DNA of 64,000 nucleotides, taken from the NCBI GenBank assembly GCA_038064075.1, contig JBBTTU010000004.1:647-64646 (forward strand), in the 5' to 3' direction. The position numbers and the translations under genes were made by a program. Origin of the DNA: Patescibacteria group bacterium. GTDB taxonomy: Bacteria; Patescibacteriota; Minisyncoccia; HO2-45-28. The notes beneath the pieces are model-generated. The model searched no databases, was not told the origin of the DNA, and saw only the letters and a list, made by a program, of their open reading frames with translations. Shown piece after piece: positions 37,669-48,271 of the stretch. Within the stretch, counting starts at the first letter, position 1. Every line of letters begins with the position of its first letter.

Positions 37669-39525
37669 ATGTGCGGCATTGCCGGTATTATCGGCGGCGA
37701 CCAAGAGTTAATCAGGAAAATGACCGCGGCTATCAGGCATCGCGGTCCTGATGACGAAGGTTTTTTTCAAGACGGCGATGTTTTTTTGGGTCACAGACGT
37801 CTTTCAATCATTGATTTGGCAGGCGGGCGCCAGCCGTTCTTGTCCGCTGACGGCAAATCAGCCGTTGTTTTCAACGGCGAAATTTATAATTTTAAAGAAC
37901 TGAAAAAAGAGTTGAGTCGTAAGCATTCGTTTCGCAGCCAGAGCGACACCGAAGTTGTTTTGGAGGGCTGGCTTGAGTGGGGTCAAAATATATTTGAGCG
38001 CCTTGAGGGAATGTTTGCGATAGGCATTTGGGACGGGCGGAATAAAACCTTGGTTTTGGCGCGCGACCGGATGGGCGAGAAACCTTTGTATTATTGCGCC
38101 AGCGGCGATTTTTTTGCTTTTGCTTCGGAGCTGAAAAGTTTTATTGCAAGCCGCGCCGCGCCGAAAGAAATAGATCCGGAATCGGTCATTCGTTATTTGT
38201 CTTTCGGCTATATCCCGTCGCCTTACACGATTTTTAAGAATATTTATAAACTTGAAGCCGGTCAATATTTGGTTTGGCAAAACGGGCGCGCTGACATTAA
38301 AAGATATTGGCAGCCGTCTTTTTCGCCGGCCCGGATCCCGGACTCCTTTGAATCAGCTAAAAAAAAATTGGAACTGGCGCTGGAAAATACGGTGAAAAAA
38401 ACAATGATTGCCGATGTGCCGGTCGGAGTTTTTTTATCCGGAGGCCTTGATTCCAGTTTGATCGCTTATTTCGCCAAAAAAATAAATCCGCAGCTTGAAA
38501 CATTCTCAATAGGTTTTGAAGAAAAGTCTTTTGATGAATCATTTTATGCGGGACTGGCGGCGCGGATTCTTAAAACCCGCCATTACCAAAAAATTGTCGG
38601 TCCGAAAGAAGTTTTGAATCTTTTGCCGCGCATCGCCGAAATAATTGACGAGCCGTTTGCCGATCCCTCAATAATTCCGACCTATATTCTTTCGGCGTTT
38701 GCCCGCCAAAGAGTGAAAACCGTTTTGGGCGGAGACGGCGGCGACGAGTTATTTTTGGGCTATCAGACTTTCATTGCCGAGAAATTGTGGCGGATGTCGT
38801 CGCCTTTTTTGCCGGCCGCTTCCGTTTTGGCGAAAGCGGCGTTGCGATTGATTCCGACATCCGGAAAATACATGTCGCTTGATTTCAAGCTGCGCCGCTT
38901 TTTTTCAAACAGCCGCGGCGGGCCTGTTTTGCGCCATCAGCAGTGGCTTGCCAATTTTAATTCCGAAGACTTGGATCGTATTTTATCAAATGATATGAAA
39001 AATTCTTTTTTGCCATTTAAAATAGCGGAAGGCGCGATCAATGATCCCATCGGTAATTTAAACGGATCATCTTGGAATCAAATCATCCGTTTTTATCAGA
39101 AGTTTTATTTGGGAGATCAGGTTTTAACCAAAGTTGACCGCGCCAGCATGGCTAATTCGCTTGAAGTCCGCGCTCCTTTTTTAAACCACAATCTGGCTGA
39201 ATTTGTTCTTTCTTTGCCGGTTAATTTTCGCCTGCGCGGCTTTAAGACCAAATATATTTTGAGAAAAATAGCAGCCGGATATTTTCCAAAAAATATCGCT
39301 TGGCGCTCCAAACAGGGTTTTGCCGTTCCTCTCGGTAAGTGGTTTAGAAATGAACTGAAAGAATTTGCCGAAGAAAAATTGTCGCATTTTAAATCCAATC
39401 CGTGGTTTAATCCGCCGGCGGTTGACGGAATCTGGACCGAACATCAAACCGGCAGAGCGGACCGGCGGATGGAAATTTGGAACATGATTGTTTTTCAGTC
39501 CTGGCTTGAAAAATGGGGCTTGTAG
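37669..39525 (+). CDS. asnB: Second AsnB-family amidotransferase
   Basis: MCGIAG, HRGPD, LSGGLDSS, GDGGDELFLGY and KVDRASMANSLEVRAPFL motifs. Confidence 0.9.
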   Translation: MCGIAGIIGGDQELIRKMTAAIRHRGPDDEGFFQDGDVFLGHRRLSIIDLAGGRQPFLSADGKSAVVFNGEIYNFKELKKELSRKHSFRSQSDTEVVLEGWLEWGQNIFERLEGMFAIGIWDGRNKTLVLARDRMGEKPLYYCASGDFFAFASELKSFIASRAAPKEIDPESVIRYLSFGYIPSPYTIFKNIYKLEAGQYLVWQNGRADIKRYWQPSFSPARIPDSFESAKKKLELALENTVKKTMIADVPVGVFLSGGLDSSLIAYFAKKINPQLETFSIGFEEKSFDESFYAGLAARILKTRHYQKIVGPKEVLNLLPRIAEIIDEPFADPSIIPTYILSAFARQRVKTVLGGDGGDELFLGYQTFIAEKLWRMSSPFLPAASVLAKAALRLIPTSGKYMSLDFKLRRFFSNSRGGPVLRHQQWLANFNSEDLDRILSNDMKNSFLPFKIAEGAINDPIGNLNGSSWNQIIRFYQKFYLGDQVLTKVDRASMANSLEVRAPFLNHNLAEFVLSLPVNFRLRGFKTKYILRKIAAGYFPKNIAWRSKQGFAVPLGKWFRNELKEFAEEKLSHFKSNPWFNPPAVDGIWTEHQTGRADRRMEIWNMIVFQSWLEKWGL

Positions 39526-39540
39526 ATTTATTTTTTATAT

Positions 39541-40305
39541 ATGGCTTCCCAGGAAAGATTCGGTTACGAATGGTCCAGATATAAAAAAATCCTTCCGGAG
39601 CACGAGGGCCAGTTTTTAAAATGGGTTTTTCCGCTTGTTCCGGAGGACTTTAAGGGCAAACGCGTTTTGGATGCCGGTTGCGGGATGGGGCGCAATTCTT
39701 TTTGGCCCTTAAAATACGGCGTTTCAGAAGCGGTGGCTTTTGATTTTGACCAAAGAAGCGTCCAGGCCGCCCGGCGCAATTTGTCGGCTTTTCCGCACGC
39801 CCGGGTTTTATACCAATCGGTTTATGACGCGGATTTTGAAAACGAATTTGACATTGTTTTTTCAATCGGCGTCATTCATCATCTTGAAAATCCGCGGGAA
39901 GCCGTCCGGCGGATGGTCCGGGCCGCAAAATCCGGCGGCGCCGTTTTGATCTGGGTTTACGGTTATGAAGGTAACGAATGGATAGTTAAATTCGTATCTC
40001 CCGCCAGGCGGCTTATAACCAGCCGTTTGCCGCCGGCGTTTTTGAATTTTTTGACCTATTTTTTAAGCGCGCCGTTTTTCGCGCTGGTGAAAATTCTTCC
40101 GTTTAAAAATCCGTATTTAAGACAGCTTAAAAATTTCGGATTTAACCATATCCATTCCATAATTTTTGACCAGCTTCTGCCGAGAGTCGCCAATTATTAC
40201 AAAAAAGAAGAAGCTTTTGGCTTGATGGACGGATTTGGACTGAAAGATATTGAAATTTACCGGAAAAATAAAAATAGCTGGACTGTTTTGGGCCGAAAAA
40301 CTTAA
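39541..40305 (+). CDS. Class I SAM-dependent methyltransferase
   Basis: VLDAGCGMGR and SIGVIHH motifs. Confidence 0.88.
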   Translation: MASQERFGYEWSRYKKILPEHEGQFLKWVFPLVPEDFKGKRVLDAGCGMGRNSFWPLKYGVSEAVAFDFDQRSVQAARRNLSAFPHARVLYQSVYDADFENEFDIVFSIGVIHHLENPREAVRRMVRAAKSGGAVLIWVYGYEGNEWIVKFVSPARRLITSRLPPAFLNFLTYFLSAPFFALVKILPFKNPYLRQLKNFGFNHIHSIIFDQLLPRVANYYKKEEAFGLMDGFGLKDIEIYRKNKNSWTVLGRKT

Positions 40306-41024
40306 GGAATTTTCTTATAAACCCCTAAAAGCGAAACGCCGAACGGAAATTTTATTTTCGGCAGAAGAAAATATTCCAGCGTAAAAATTGACTTGAAAAC
40401 CGCGTTCAAAAACGGGTTATTCAATTTAAATTCCGTTCCGGTTTTAATATTAAAGAGCCGCATTGTTTTTCTTGCGGCAAGAATCAGCGGAGCCAGAAAA
40501 AAATTAAAGTAAGACTGATAGACCGTTTTAAATCCGGCGTTTTCAAATTTATTTTTCAGTTCCTGGTATGCGTATCGCCGGAAATGATGACTGATTTCGT
40601 CTTGTTCGCCCCAAAATATTTTTAAGGCCGGGACAAAAACGATGATAACGCCGTCCGGCTTCAAAAAATCTCTTAATTTTTTAATCGCGAGTTCGTCATT
40701 TTCGCAATGTTCAAGAATATCAAGCGCCAGCGCGCAGTCAAATTTGCCGTTGTTTTCAAAATTTTCAATACTAGACTCTATGACATCAACTCCGCGCAAC
40801 TTTGCGAATTTAACCGCTTCAGGCGAAGCGTCAATTCCGGTAACTTCGCCGTATTTTTCAAGCTCTTTTGTTAAAAGTCCGGCTCCGCAGCCGATGTCAA
40901 GCATATTGAGCGGTGTTTTGGGGCAGTAGGCCGCTATAATTTTATGAACAAGCAGCCGACGCACGACATACCACCAATGCGTTTTTTCGTTTTCATAAAT
41001 CTGGCGGTAAAGCTCAATTTCCAT
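40302..41024 (-). CDS. Class I SAM-dependent methyltransferase
   Basis: HWWY, LDIGCGAG, DILEH and HHFRRY motifs. Confidence 0.88.
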   Translation of the reverse strand: MEIELYRQIYENEKTHWWYVVRRLLVHKIIAAYCPKTPLNMLDIGCGAGLLTKELEKYGEVTGIDASPEAVKFAKLRGVDVIESSIENFENNGKFDCALALDILEHCENDELAIKKLRDFLKPDGVIIVFVPALKIFWGEQDEISHHFRRYAYQELKNKFENAGFKTVYQSYFNFFLAPLILAARKTMRLFNIKTGTEFKLNNPFLNAVFKSIFTLEYFLLPKIKFPFGVSLLGVYKKIP

Positions 41025-41037
41025 TACAATAAATCCT

Positions 41038-41880
41038 ATGTTATCACAAATTCAGCCGCTGCTGAAATGCCCTGATTGTTCGGCTGATTTTGACGCGGTT
41101 CAAAACGGCCTTCGCTGCAGGGCATGCCGCCGTTTTTATCATAAGAAAAACGATTCTTTAATGTTTGTTTCGCCGGCGCCGGAGGCTGGCGAGAACGCGT
41201 CTTTCATGCCGAATCTTAAAAAATTTCTTAAAAAACATCCTAAACTTTTTTTTGCTCTTTATTACACTCTCGGAGTTTTTGTCGGCAAAAGCGCGAAAAC
41301 GGCCGTCAAAATTATGCCGAAAGGCTCCGTGATTTTAAATATCGCTTCGGGGCCGAAAATCATAAGGGACGATGTCATTAATGTCGATATTGAGCCTTAT
41401 GCCGGCGTTGCGGTTTGCGCCGATATTATGAATTTGCCGTTTAAAGACGAAGCGGCCGACGCGGTCATTTGCGAATCTTCTTTTGAACATTTCAAAAATC
41501 CCGAAAAGGCTCTTTTGGAAATGAAGCGGGTGCTTAAAAACGGCGGATTGATTTATGCTTCGCTGCCTTTTATTTGCGGATTTCACGCCTCGCCCGATGA
41601 TTATTTCCGCTGGACCGAGGCCGGAATTGCGGAATTTTTTAAAGAATTTGAAACCAAAGAATTAGCCGTCGGCTGGGGACCGACTTACGCTTTAACCGCG
41701 ATACTTCGCGAGTGGCTGGCGCTGGTCTTGTCGTTTAACTCGGTTTTTCTGCACGAGTTTCTGGCGATTGTCTTTACCGTAATTTTCGCGCCGTTTAATT
41801 TTTTGGATCACATTTTGGCGCGATATCATTCGGCCAAAAATATATCATTCGGTTTTTATTATATCGGGATTAAAAAATGA
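41038..41880 (+). CDS. SAM-dependent methyltransferase with an N-terminal Trm112-like Zn knuckle
   Basis: CPDC...CRAC; LNIASG; FEH; FHASPDDYFRWT. Confidence 0.82.
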   Translation: MLSQIQPLLKCPDCSADFDAVQNGLRCRACRRFYHKKNDSLMFVSPAPEAGENASFMPNLKKFLKKHPKLFFALYYTLGVFVGKSAKTAVKIMPKGSVILNIASGPKIIRDDVINVDIEPYAGVAVCADIMNLPFKDEAADAVICESSFEHFKNPEKALLEMKRVLKNGGLIYASLPFICGFHASPDDYFRWTEAGIAEFFKEFETKELAVGWGPTYALTAILREWLALVLSFNSVFLHEFLAIVFTVIFAPFNFLDHILARYHSAKNISFGFYYIGIKK

Positions 41881-43553
41881 TTTTATATTTGAGAGAGAAT
41901 ATTGCGCGAAAGTCGTGGTTTAAATGGGGGATACTGGCGCTGGCGATGCTGCCTTCACTGACATATATGGCGATTCGGATCAGCCGCGATGAAAGTTGGG
42001 ACAATTGGGCTTTCGGTTCGGCGCAGACCATGCTTACCGTCCGGTATTGGGCGCGGGACGGATTCGTTAAACATAAATTTCTTTTTTTGCCGTCCGGATA
42101 TCATCCGGACATCCAAGTTCTGGATCGGCCCGAATTACGGTTTTTGGCGGACGGAATTTCCGGCTATGGTTTGATCGGCAGGCGGCTCTATTATACTCAT
42201 TATCCTCCTTTTTACCTTATGCCTTACGGTTTTCTTGCCAAATTCGGCGCAGAAAGCCGATTCTGGTTCAGAGCGCTGGCGTTTTTTTTCTCGTTTAGTT
42301 CAGCGGTTTTTATGGCCGGTTTTATTTATTTGATTACGAAACGGAATAAATGGGCGACTTTATCGGCGATTTTATATTATACGACTTCAACAACCTTTTT
42401 GGGCTATGCCGATTCTCTGGCCAATATGCCGGTGGATGATTTTTTTAAATGGCTTATATTGTTTTTAAGCGTTTACGGAATTTCCAAAATTGAGGTCGGG
42501 GAGCTCAAAAAATGGCTTGATAAAACAATATGGATTTTGTTTTTCGTTCTGGCCATAAGTTCTTATGACTCCGTTTTTTTCGTTTTTTTCTGGCTTTGCG
42601 CCTTAAATTACATCACGACCCAAAAAATCAACTTCAAAAAATACTTATTCTGGGCTTTGGCTCCGTTATCCGCTTTTATTCTGCAAATGGGACAGAATAT
42701 CTGGTATTTGGGTTTAAAAGACGCCGCGCTTGATGTTTACGGGACTTTTCTTTTCAGATTCGGCGAGACGCCGCAAGTCGGCGCTGGATTAAATAATCTT
42801 CCGCCCGTAATAAAAAATATTTTTCTGTCTCTTTCCGCTATCGGCTATTTTTCCGATCTTAAAACGAGATTTGCTCTTCCGCTCATTATTTTATTGGCTT
42901 ATTTATTTTTTAAGAATAAATTTGCTCACAAGGACATTTTGCGTTTTATTACAACGTTGTTTGTTGCCGGATTGATTTATCTTTTTATTCTTCCGTCCAC
43001 GGCGGCTTTCGGATATCAAGGCAGGCAAGCTGCGCCGGCGCTTCTTTTGTTGTTCTCTTTAGCTTTATGGCAGACAATTATTTCTTTTAAAGAAAAGAAT
43101 TTTGGAAAAGATAAACTGTTGGTCGCGTGCTGTCTTGGCATTTTTTTGGCGGCGCATTTTTACAACCTTTTTGCCTACCTTAAAGAATGGCCGCATGATG
43201 TAATTGCAAAAGAAAAAATAGAATATTTGCGCCAGCTTGCGGGCATAACAGACCAGCGAACAATAATTATCGGCACTGCGAATGCCGTTGCGGCCGGTTC
43301 GGAACGTTTTTTGGAAGAATATTATTCCGATCGCCTTATACTTGCTTTTAAAGATACGGACACATTGCTGGAATATATGGATAAATTGCGTTCAGTTATG
43401 TCCGGAGGAGTTAATTTTTTGATCGCGGCAACCGACGCGGAATACCAAGCAGTTTTAATGAAATTGAAATCCATGGAAAAATATACTATGATACCGCGGA
43501 CTGTTGATATGCCGCCGCAAGGTCTGGCGTTAATAAGCGTAACGCATAAATAA
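41877..43553 (+). CDS. Multi-TM protein, probable GT-C glycosyltransferase
   Basis: WDNWAFGSAQTMLTVRYWARDGF, YYTHYPP; about 11 TM helices. Confidence 0.65.
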   Translation: MILYLRENIARKSWFKWGILALAMLPSLTYMAIRISRDESWDNWAFGSAQTMLTVRYWARDGFVKHKFLFLPSGYHPDIQVLDRPELRFLADGISGYGLIGRRLYYTHYPPFYLMPYGFLAKFGAESRFWFRALAFFFSFSSAVFMAGFIYLITKRNKWATLSAILYYTTSTTFLGYADSLANMPVDDFFKWLILFLSVYGISKIEVGELKKWLDKTIWILFFVLAISSYDSVFFVFFWLCALNYITTQKINFKKYLFWALAPLSAFILQMGQNIWYLGLKDAALDVYGTFLFRFGETPQVGAGLNNLPPVIKNIFLSLSAIGYFSDLKTRFALPLIILLAYLFFKNKFAHKDILRFITTLFVAGLIYLFILPSTAAFGYQGRQAAPALLLLFSLALWQTIISFKEKNFGKDKLLVACCLGIFLAAHFYNLFAYLKEWPHDVIAKEKIEYLRQLAGITDQRTIIIGTANAVAAGSERFLEEYYSDRLILAFKDTDTLLEYMDKLRSVMSGGVNFLIAATDAEYQAVLMKLKSMEKYTMIPRTVDMPPQGLALISVTHK

Positions 43554-43561
43554 AGGGGAAT

Positions 43562-44512
43562 GTGATTAATATTAATTATTCTAAATTAGAAAAAGAGGCG
43601 AGAGATTATTGGGAATGGAGCGCCTTAAATCCTTTTTTTCCGGTTTCAGAATCCGTGGCGAAAGAAGGAGCCGGATCCGAATTGCGCAATCCGTTGATGC
43701 ATTACGGCGCGGTAATGCCGGTCTATTTGGCGGCCGCGCGTTATTTGCAGGCATTGCGTCTTTCAAAAAACGCAAAATTAGTAGAACTTGGCTGCGGCAC
43801 GGGAAGAGCGCTGGTTTATCTCAAAACGATATTCCCTCATATTGAAATTTTGGGAGCGGATTATTCAAAGGAAATTATTGATTACGCGAAATCGGCATAC
43901 GGCAGATTTGGAGTTCAATTTATGTATATTGAGTCTGCCAAAAACACTCAATTTCCGGCGTCATCTTTTGATGTTGTTTTGTCTTCTCATGTCATTGAAC
44001 ATATTGAAAAGCGGGAAGGTTTGCGTTTTTTGGAAGAAGCGCGGCGCATATTGAAACCAAAAGGATATGCTTTTATTGGCACTCCGGAAAGAAGAAATTG
44101 TCAGAATCTTTATATGGAAAATCCAAACGATGAAATAAAATACCGGCTTATTCTTCCGCATAAACACGAATATACTCTTCCGGAATTAAGAGCGGCGGCC
44201 GAGCAAGTATTTTCAATTGGCGAGGTGCGGATAGACGCATTATATAATCATTTATTGCGCGGCATTTTTAGTTTAAGCGCGCAAAGATTCAAACCGGACG
44301 GCAGTTTTGTTAAAAATATCGCCAGTGCGATGTATCAGGGCGCGAGAAACATGCTTCCCAGGACGGTTTTTGACGCGCTGGTCCGTTTTGGAATTTCAGC
44401 GCAAATGAGATTTTTGGACGCGAGTTTTTTTGATGTTTTGTCGGCTAATCGGATCGGAAAAGAAGATGAGAGAAAAACCCCGGATAATTTGTTTCTGGTA
44501 TGCCAAAAATAA
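43562..44512 (+). CDS. Class I SAM-dependent methyltransferase
   Basis: VELGCGTG, SSHVIEH and RRILKPKG motifs. Confidence 0.85.
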   Translation: MININYSKLEKEARDYWEWSALNPFFPVSESVAKEGAGSELRNPLMHYGAVMPVYLAAARYLQALRLSKNAKLVELGCGTGRALVYLKTIFPHIEILGADYSKEIIDYAKSAYGRFGVQFMYIESAKNTQFPASSFDVVLSSHVIEHIEKREGLRFLEEARRILKPKGYAFIGTPERRNCQNLYMENPNDEIKYRLILPHKHEYTLPELRAAAEQVFSIGEVRIDALYNHLLRGIFSLSAQRFKPDGSFVKNIASAMYQGARNMLPRTVFDALVRFGISAQMRFLDASFFDVLSANRIGKEDERKTPDNLFLVCQK

Positions 44513-44521
44513 TTTATTAAA

Positions 44522-46171
44522 ATGGAAATTTTACGAAATAAAAAGAATCTGCGGTTTGGATTTTTGGCATTTTTAATTATTTTGCCTTCTTTGATTTTTT
44601 TAGTTTCGCGATCCGCTCAGATTGAAAGTTGGGACAACTGGAATTGGGGTTCGGCCCAGACAATGCTTACTGTCCGCTACTGGGCAAGAGACGGCTTTTT
44701 AAAGCACAGGATGTTTTTTTTGCTTAACGGTTATCATCCTGAAATAGAAATTTTAGATAAACCGGAATTCCGTTTTCTGACAGGCAACACGCTGACGGGC
44801 GGCCTTGTCGGCAACAGGCTTTATTACAATCATTATCCGTCCAATTACGTCATTCCTTACGGTTTGCTTGGAAAATTGGGCGTTGAGAATAGATTTTGGT
44901 TCAGAATGTTATCAGTTGTTTTTTCTTTCGGCTCGGTTTTATTTTTAGCCGGTTTTATCTATATTCTGACTAATTACAATCGCTGGATTGCCTTGATTGC
45001 CGTTTTTTATTACATCACTTCATCCAGTTTCATCAGTTATGCCGATTCGCTGAATAACACTCCTTTGGATGATTTTTTTAAGCTCTTGATTTTATTTTTG
45101 AGCGCGTATTATTGGAAAATAGCCGACAGCGCGGCGTCAAAACGGCGGTTGAAATCGGCAATCTGGATTTTGTATTTTATTTTGGCCTCCGTTTCTCTTG
45201 ACTCAACTTTTTTCGTATTTTTCTGGCTCGGCGCTTTCAATTTCATGGAAACCAAAAAATTCAATTTTAAAGAATATTTTTACTGGGCAGCGGCCCCGCT
45301 GTCTGCTTTTATTATCCAATTTACGCAGAATACTTTTTATTTGGGTTTTAAAAACGCAATGCTTGATTTATGGGGCGATTTTTTATACCGTTTCAGCGAG
45401 GCGCCGGCGGCTTTAGATAATCTGCCTCCGATAATAAAAAGTATTTCCGCGGCGTTTTCAACAGCCGGATATTTTTCAGATATGCGCACCAGATTCGCAA
45501 TCCCGTTGATTTTATTGTTGGTTTATTTCCTTTTTAAGGAAAAAGACTCTAAACATCTTTTGCGCTACGGCGCGATTTTGGCGGTCAGCGGTTCAATCCA
45601 TCCTTTTATTTTTCCGGTGGCCGGCACGTTTGGATATCAAGGAAGACAAATGGCTCCGGCATTGCTTTTAATTTTCGGGCTTGCCGCCTGGAAATTATTG
45701 AAAAAAATAAAAGAAAAACAATTTAGTTTACATTTTTTCGCTTTATTGTTTTGTGCGATCGCGTTTTGGGCGGCGCATTTTTCGGCCAGTTTCAGTTACA
45801 CCAGGGAGTGGCCGAACAATGTTTTTCCCAAAGAGGATATTGTTTTTCTCCAAAATTTGAATAAAATATCCGATTCTTCAACCATGATTTTAAGAATTAA
45901 ACCCGATATTGCCAAAGTAGACCGCTCTCTTGAGGATTTTTACGCCGATCGTCTCATAATTTCTTTTAAAAATATTGATGTTTTGCTGGAATATATGGAT
46001 AGAATTTATTCCACCATACCCGGAAAAGTCAATTTTCTGTTGGTTTTGCCCGGTCAGGAATATCAGCCGGCTTTGGAGAAGTTGAAAAATATGGATGATT
46101 TCAGCGCTGCAGACGCGCCAGTCGTTCCTTTGATTGATGATTTTAAAATCATTAAAGTAATTCATAAATGA
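44522..46171 (+). CDS. Multi-TM probable GT-C glycosyltransferase, paralog of 41877..43553
   Basis: Shares GSAQTMLTVRYWARDGF, YADSL.N.P.DDFFK and FGYQGRQ.APALLL with the 41877 protein. Confidence 0.65.
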   Translation: MEILRNKKNLRFGFLAFLIILPSLIFLVSRSAQIESWDNWNWGSAQTMLTVRYWARDGFLKHRMFFLLNGYHPEIEILDKPEFRFLTGNTLTGGLVGNRLYYNHYPSNYVIPYGLLGKLGVENRFWFRMLSVVFSFGSVLFLAGFIYILTNYNRWIALIAVFYYITSSSFISYADSLNNTPLDDFFKLLILFLSAYYWKIADSAASKRRLKSAIWILYFILASVSLDSTFFVFFWLGAFNFMETKKFNFKEYFYWAAAPLSAFIIQFTQNTFYLGFKNAMLDLWGDFLYRFSEAPAALDNLPPIIKSISAAFSTAGYFSDMRTRFAIPLILLLVYFLFKEKDSKHLLRYGAILAVSGSIHPFIFPVAGTFGYQGRQMAPALLLIFGLAAWKLLKKIKEKQFSLHFFALLFCAIAFWAAHFSASFSYTREWPNNVFPKEDIVFLQNLNKISDSSTMILRIKPDIAKVDRSLEDFYADRLIISFKNIDVLLEYMDRIYSTIPGKVNFLLVLPGQEYQPALEKLKNMDDFSAADAPVVPLIDDFKIIKVIHK

Positions 46172-47544
46172 AATTGGAAACGAAACATAAAATAGCCATT
46201 ATTTTTATTGCGGCTGTCGCCGTGAGGATATTATTTGGTTTTGGTCTTTTTTTCAATCACAATTCGCTTGTTTCTTATACCGGAGACGCCGCCGATTATC
46301 TTAACACCGCCGGCAATTTTCTTTATAAAGGCATTTGGTCGGCTTCGCCCGTTGATCCCGAACCGGACAATTTCAGAACGCCGATCTATCCGCTTTTTCT
46401 TCTGTTTTTTTACAGATTTAACATTTCTTTTAACTACGCCGGATTTGTTCAGGATTTGATAATGGCGATTACGGCTGTTTTGATTTATGTTTTGGGCCGG
46501 AAGATATTTTCTGAAAAAGCGGTTTTTCCCGCCGCGGTCTTTTTTGCCTTAAATCCCTATCTTGCCTCCTCTTTTATTTCCAAGGCGATAATGACGGAGG
46601 CTTTTGTCATTTTTTTTCTGGTTATTTCGCTTTTTAATTTGGGAATTTACATTGCTTATAAAAAAAGCGGCAATCTTTATTATGGTTCGGTTTTTCTGGC
46701 GCTTGCCGCTTTAACCAAACCGCAGTTCTTTTTTTTCGGCGTTTTTTTGTTTTTAGCGGTGTTTTTTGCCGGGGAACAGAAGATTATAAAAAGGTTTATT
46801 TATGCCGGACTGATCTTTTTAACGATGCTTTCGCCCTGGCTTTATTATAATTTTTTTGTTTTGAAAGTTTTTCAATTTTCATCTAATCCGCTGGCGGCTC
46901 TTTATCAGGATACCGGATTTTTTCAGGAGTTTTTAAAAGGCGGACACGGCCCGGCTTATAATGATTATACTTGGGATCGCGCCAAAGAGCGGTTGGGAGT
47001 TGATCATGACGCCCAGCTTTTTGAACCGCACCGCGCTCGAAAATTGGCAAAATCAGGAATTGAATTTATAAGAAAAAATCTTTTTTGGTTTGTTGTTTAT
47101 GATATTGTCAGCATACCGAGACTTTTTTGGCACGATACTACCGTAGACGCGATAATTCATGATTTTGGCATTGACAGCGCCGTTCTCGGGCCCGGCGGAA
47201 TGGACATTAATGCAGTGAAAAACATTTTCAGAGGAGAATTTTACGCGGCTGCCGGCGAGTTGCGAACGCATCCCATCTGGTATTTTTCTCTTTTTTTGAA
47301 ATTAACGACTTTATTGGCGAGCGGATTGGCTCTTCTTAATTTTTTCCTGCAATGGAAATTTAACGAGACTTTTCCAAAAAATTCACTTTTTCTGCTGTTA
47401 TTTATTCTTTTATACGCGGCGATTGTTTCGCCTTTGGGCCAGCAAAGGTATCGGGCGCCGATTTCTCCTTTTATGGCGATTCTTGCTTTTGACAGCATCA
47501 GATTGATTTATTTAAGAAGATTAAGCCATAAAATATCCATATGA
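46168..47544 (+). CDS. GT-C fold membrane glycosyltransferase
   Basis: DAADY...FRTPIYPLFL, MTEAF, LTKP, SPWL and RYRAPI motifs. Confidence 0.8.
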   Translation: MKLETKHKIAIIFIAAVAVRILFGFGLFFNHNSLVSYTGDAADYLNTAGNFLYKGIWSASPVDPEPDNFRTPIYPLFLLFFYRFNISFNYAGFVQDLIMAITAVLIYVLGRKIFSEKAVFPAAVFFALNPYLASSFISKAIMTEAFVIFFLVISLFNLGIYIAYKKSGNLYYGSVFLALAALTKPQFFFFGVFLFLAVFFAGEQKIIKRFIYAGLIFLTMLSPWLYYNFFVLKVFQFSSNPLAALYQDTGFFQEFLKGGHGPAYNDYTWDRAKERLGVDHDAQLFEPHRARKLAKSGIEFIRKNLFWFVVYDIVSIPRLFWHDTTVDAIIHDFGIDSAVLGPGGMDINAVKNIFRGEFYAAAGELRTHPIWYFSLFLKLTTLLASGLALLNFFLQWKFNETFPKNSLFLLLFILLYAAIVSPLGQQRYRAPISPFMAILAFDSIRLIYLRRLSHKISI

Positions 47545-48245
47545 TTCTTTCCATTATTATCCCGTGTTTCAATGAAGAAAAAACCGTTTCAGACATGCTG
47601 AAGATGGTTGAGGCTTCCCCGTTAGATTATTTGGGCGTAAAAAAAGAGCTTATATTTGTTGATGACGGTTCAAATGACCGCACCTGGGATATTCTCACGG
47701 GCCTTCAAAATAAATATCAAATGAAATTGATCCGATCCGGAAAAAATATGGGAAAAGGTTTTGCAATCCGTTCAGGTTTGGCCGTCGCCACCGGCGACAT
47801 TGTCATTATTCAAGACGCGGATTTGGAATATTCGCCTTCCGATTACCCGCTTATTCTCAAGCCTTTTCTTGAAAATAAGGCAGACGTTGTTTATGGTTCC
47901 CGTTTTCTCAAAAGCAAATATCCGGCTCAAATGAAATTGGCATACTATTTAGCCAACCGATTGCTCTCCTTTTTAGCCAACGTTTTATACGGCATACACA
48001 TTACCGATGAAGCCACCTGTTACAAAGCTTTTAAAAGGGAAATTTTGGAAAAAATGAATCTTGAATGCCGGGGATTTGAATTTTGTCCCGAAGTGACCGC
48101 AAAACTTTCTTTGAAAAAAATCAAAATTGTTGAAGTGCCCATTGAATATCGCGCCAGAAGAGTTGAAGAAGGAAAAAAAATATCCTTAAAAGACGGATTT
48201 AAAGCAATCCAAACGCTTTTTAAATATCGGTTTAAGAGGCATTAA
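47541..48245 (+). CDS. GT2 polyprenyl-phosphate glycosyltransferase (DPM synthase-like)
   Basis: VDDGSND, GKG, QDADLEY, VYGSRF, TCYK and EGKK motifs. Confidence 0.9.
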   Translation: MILSIIIPCFNEEKTVSDMLKMVEASPLDYLGVKKELIFVDDGSNDRTWDILTGLQNKYQMKLIRSGKNMGKGFAIRSGLAVATGDIVIIQDADLEYSPSDYPLILKPFLENKADVVYGSRFLKSKYPAQMKLAYYLANRLLSFLANVLYGIHITDEATCYKAFKREILEKMNLECRGFEFCPEVTAKLSLKKIKIVEVPIEYRARRVEEGKKISLKDGFKAIQTLFKYRFKRH

Positions 48246-48271
48246 AATATATTTTGTTTATATTTGCGCAT

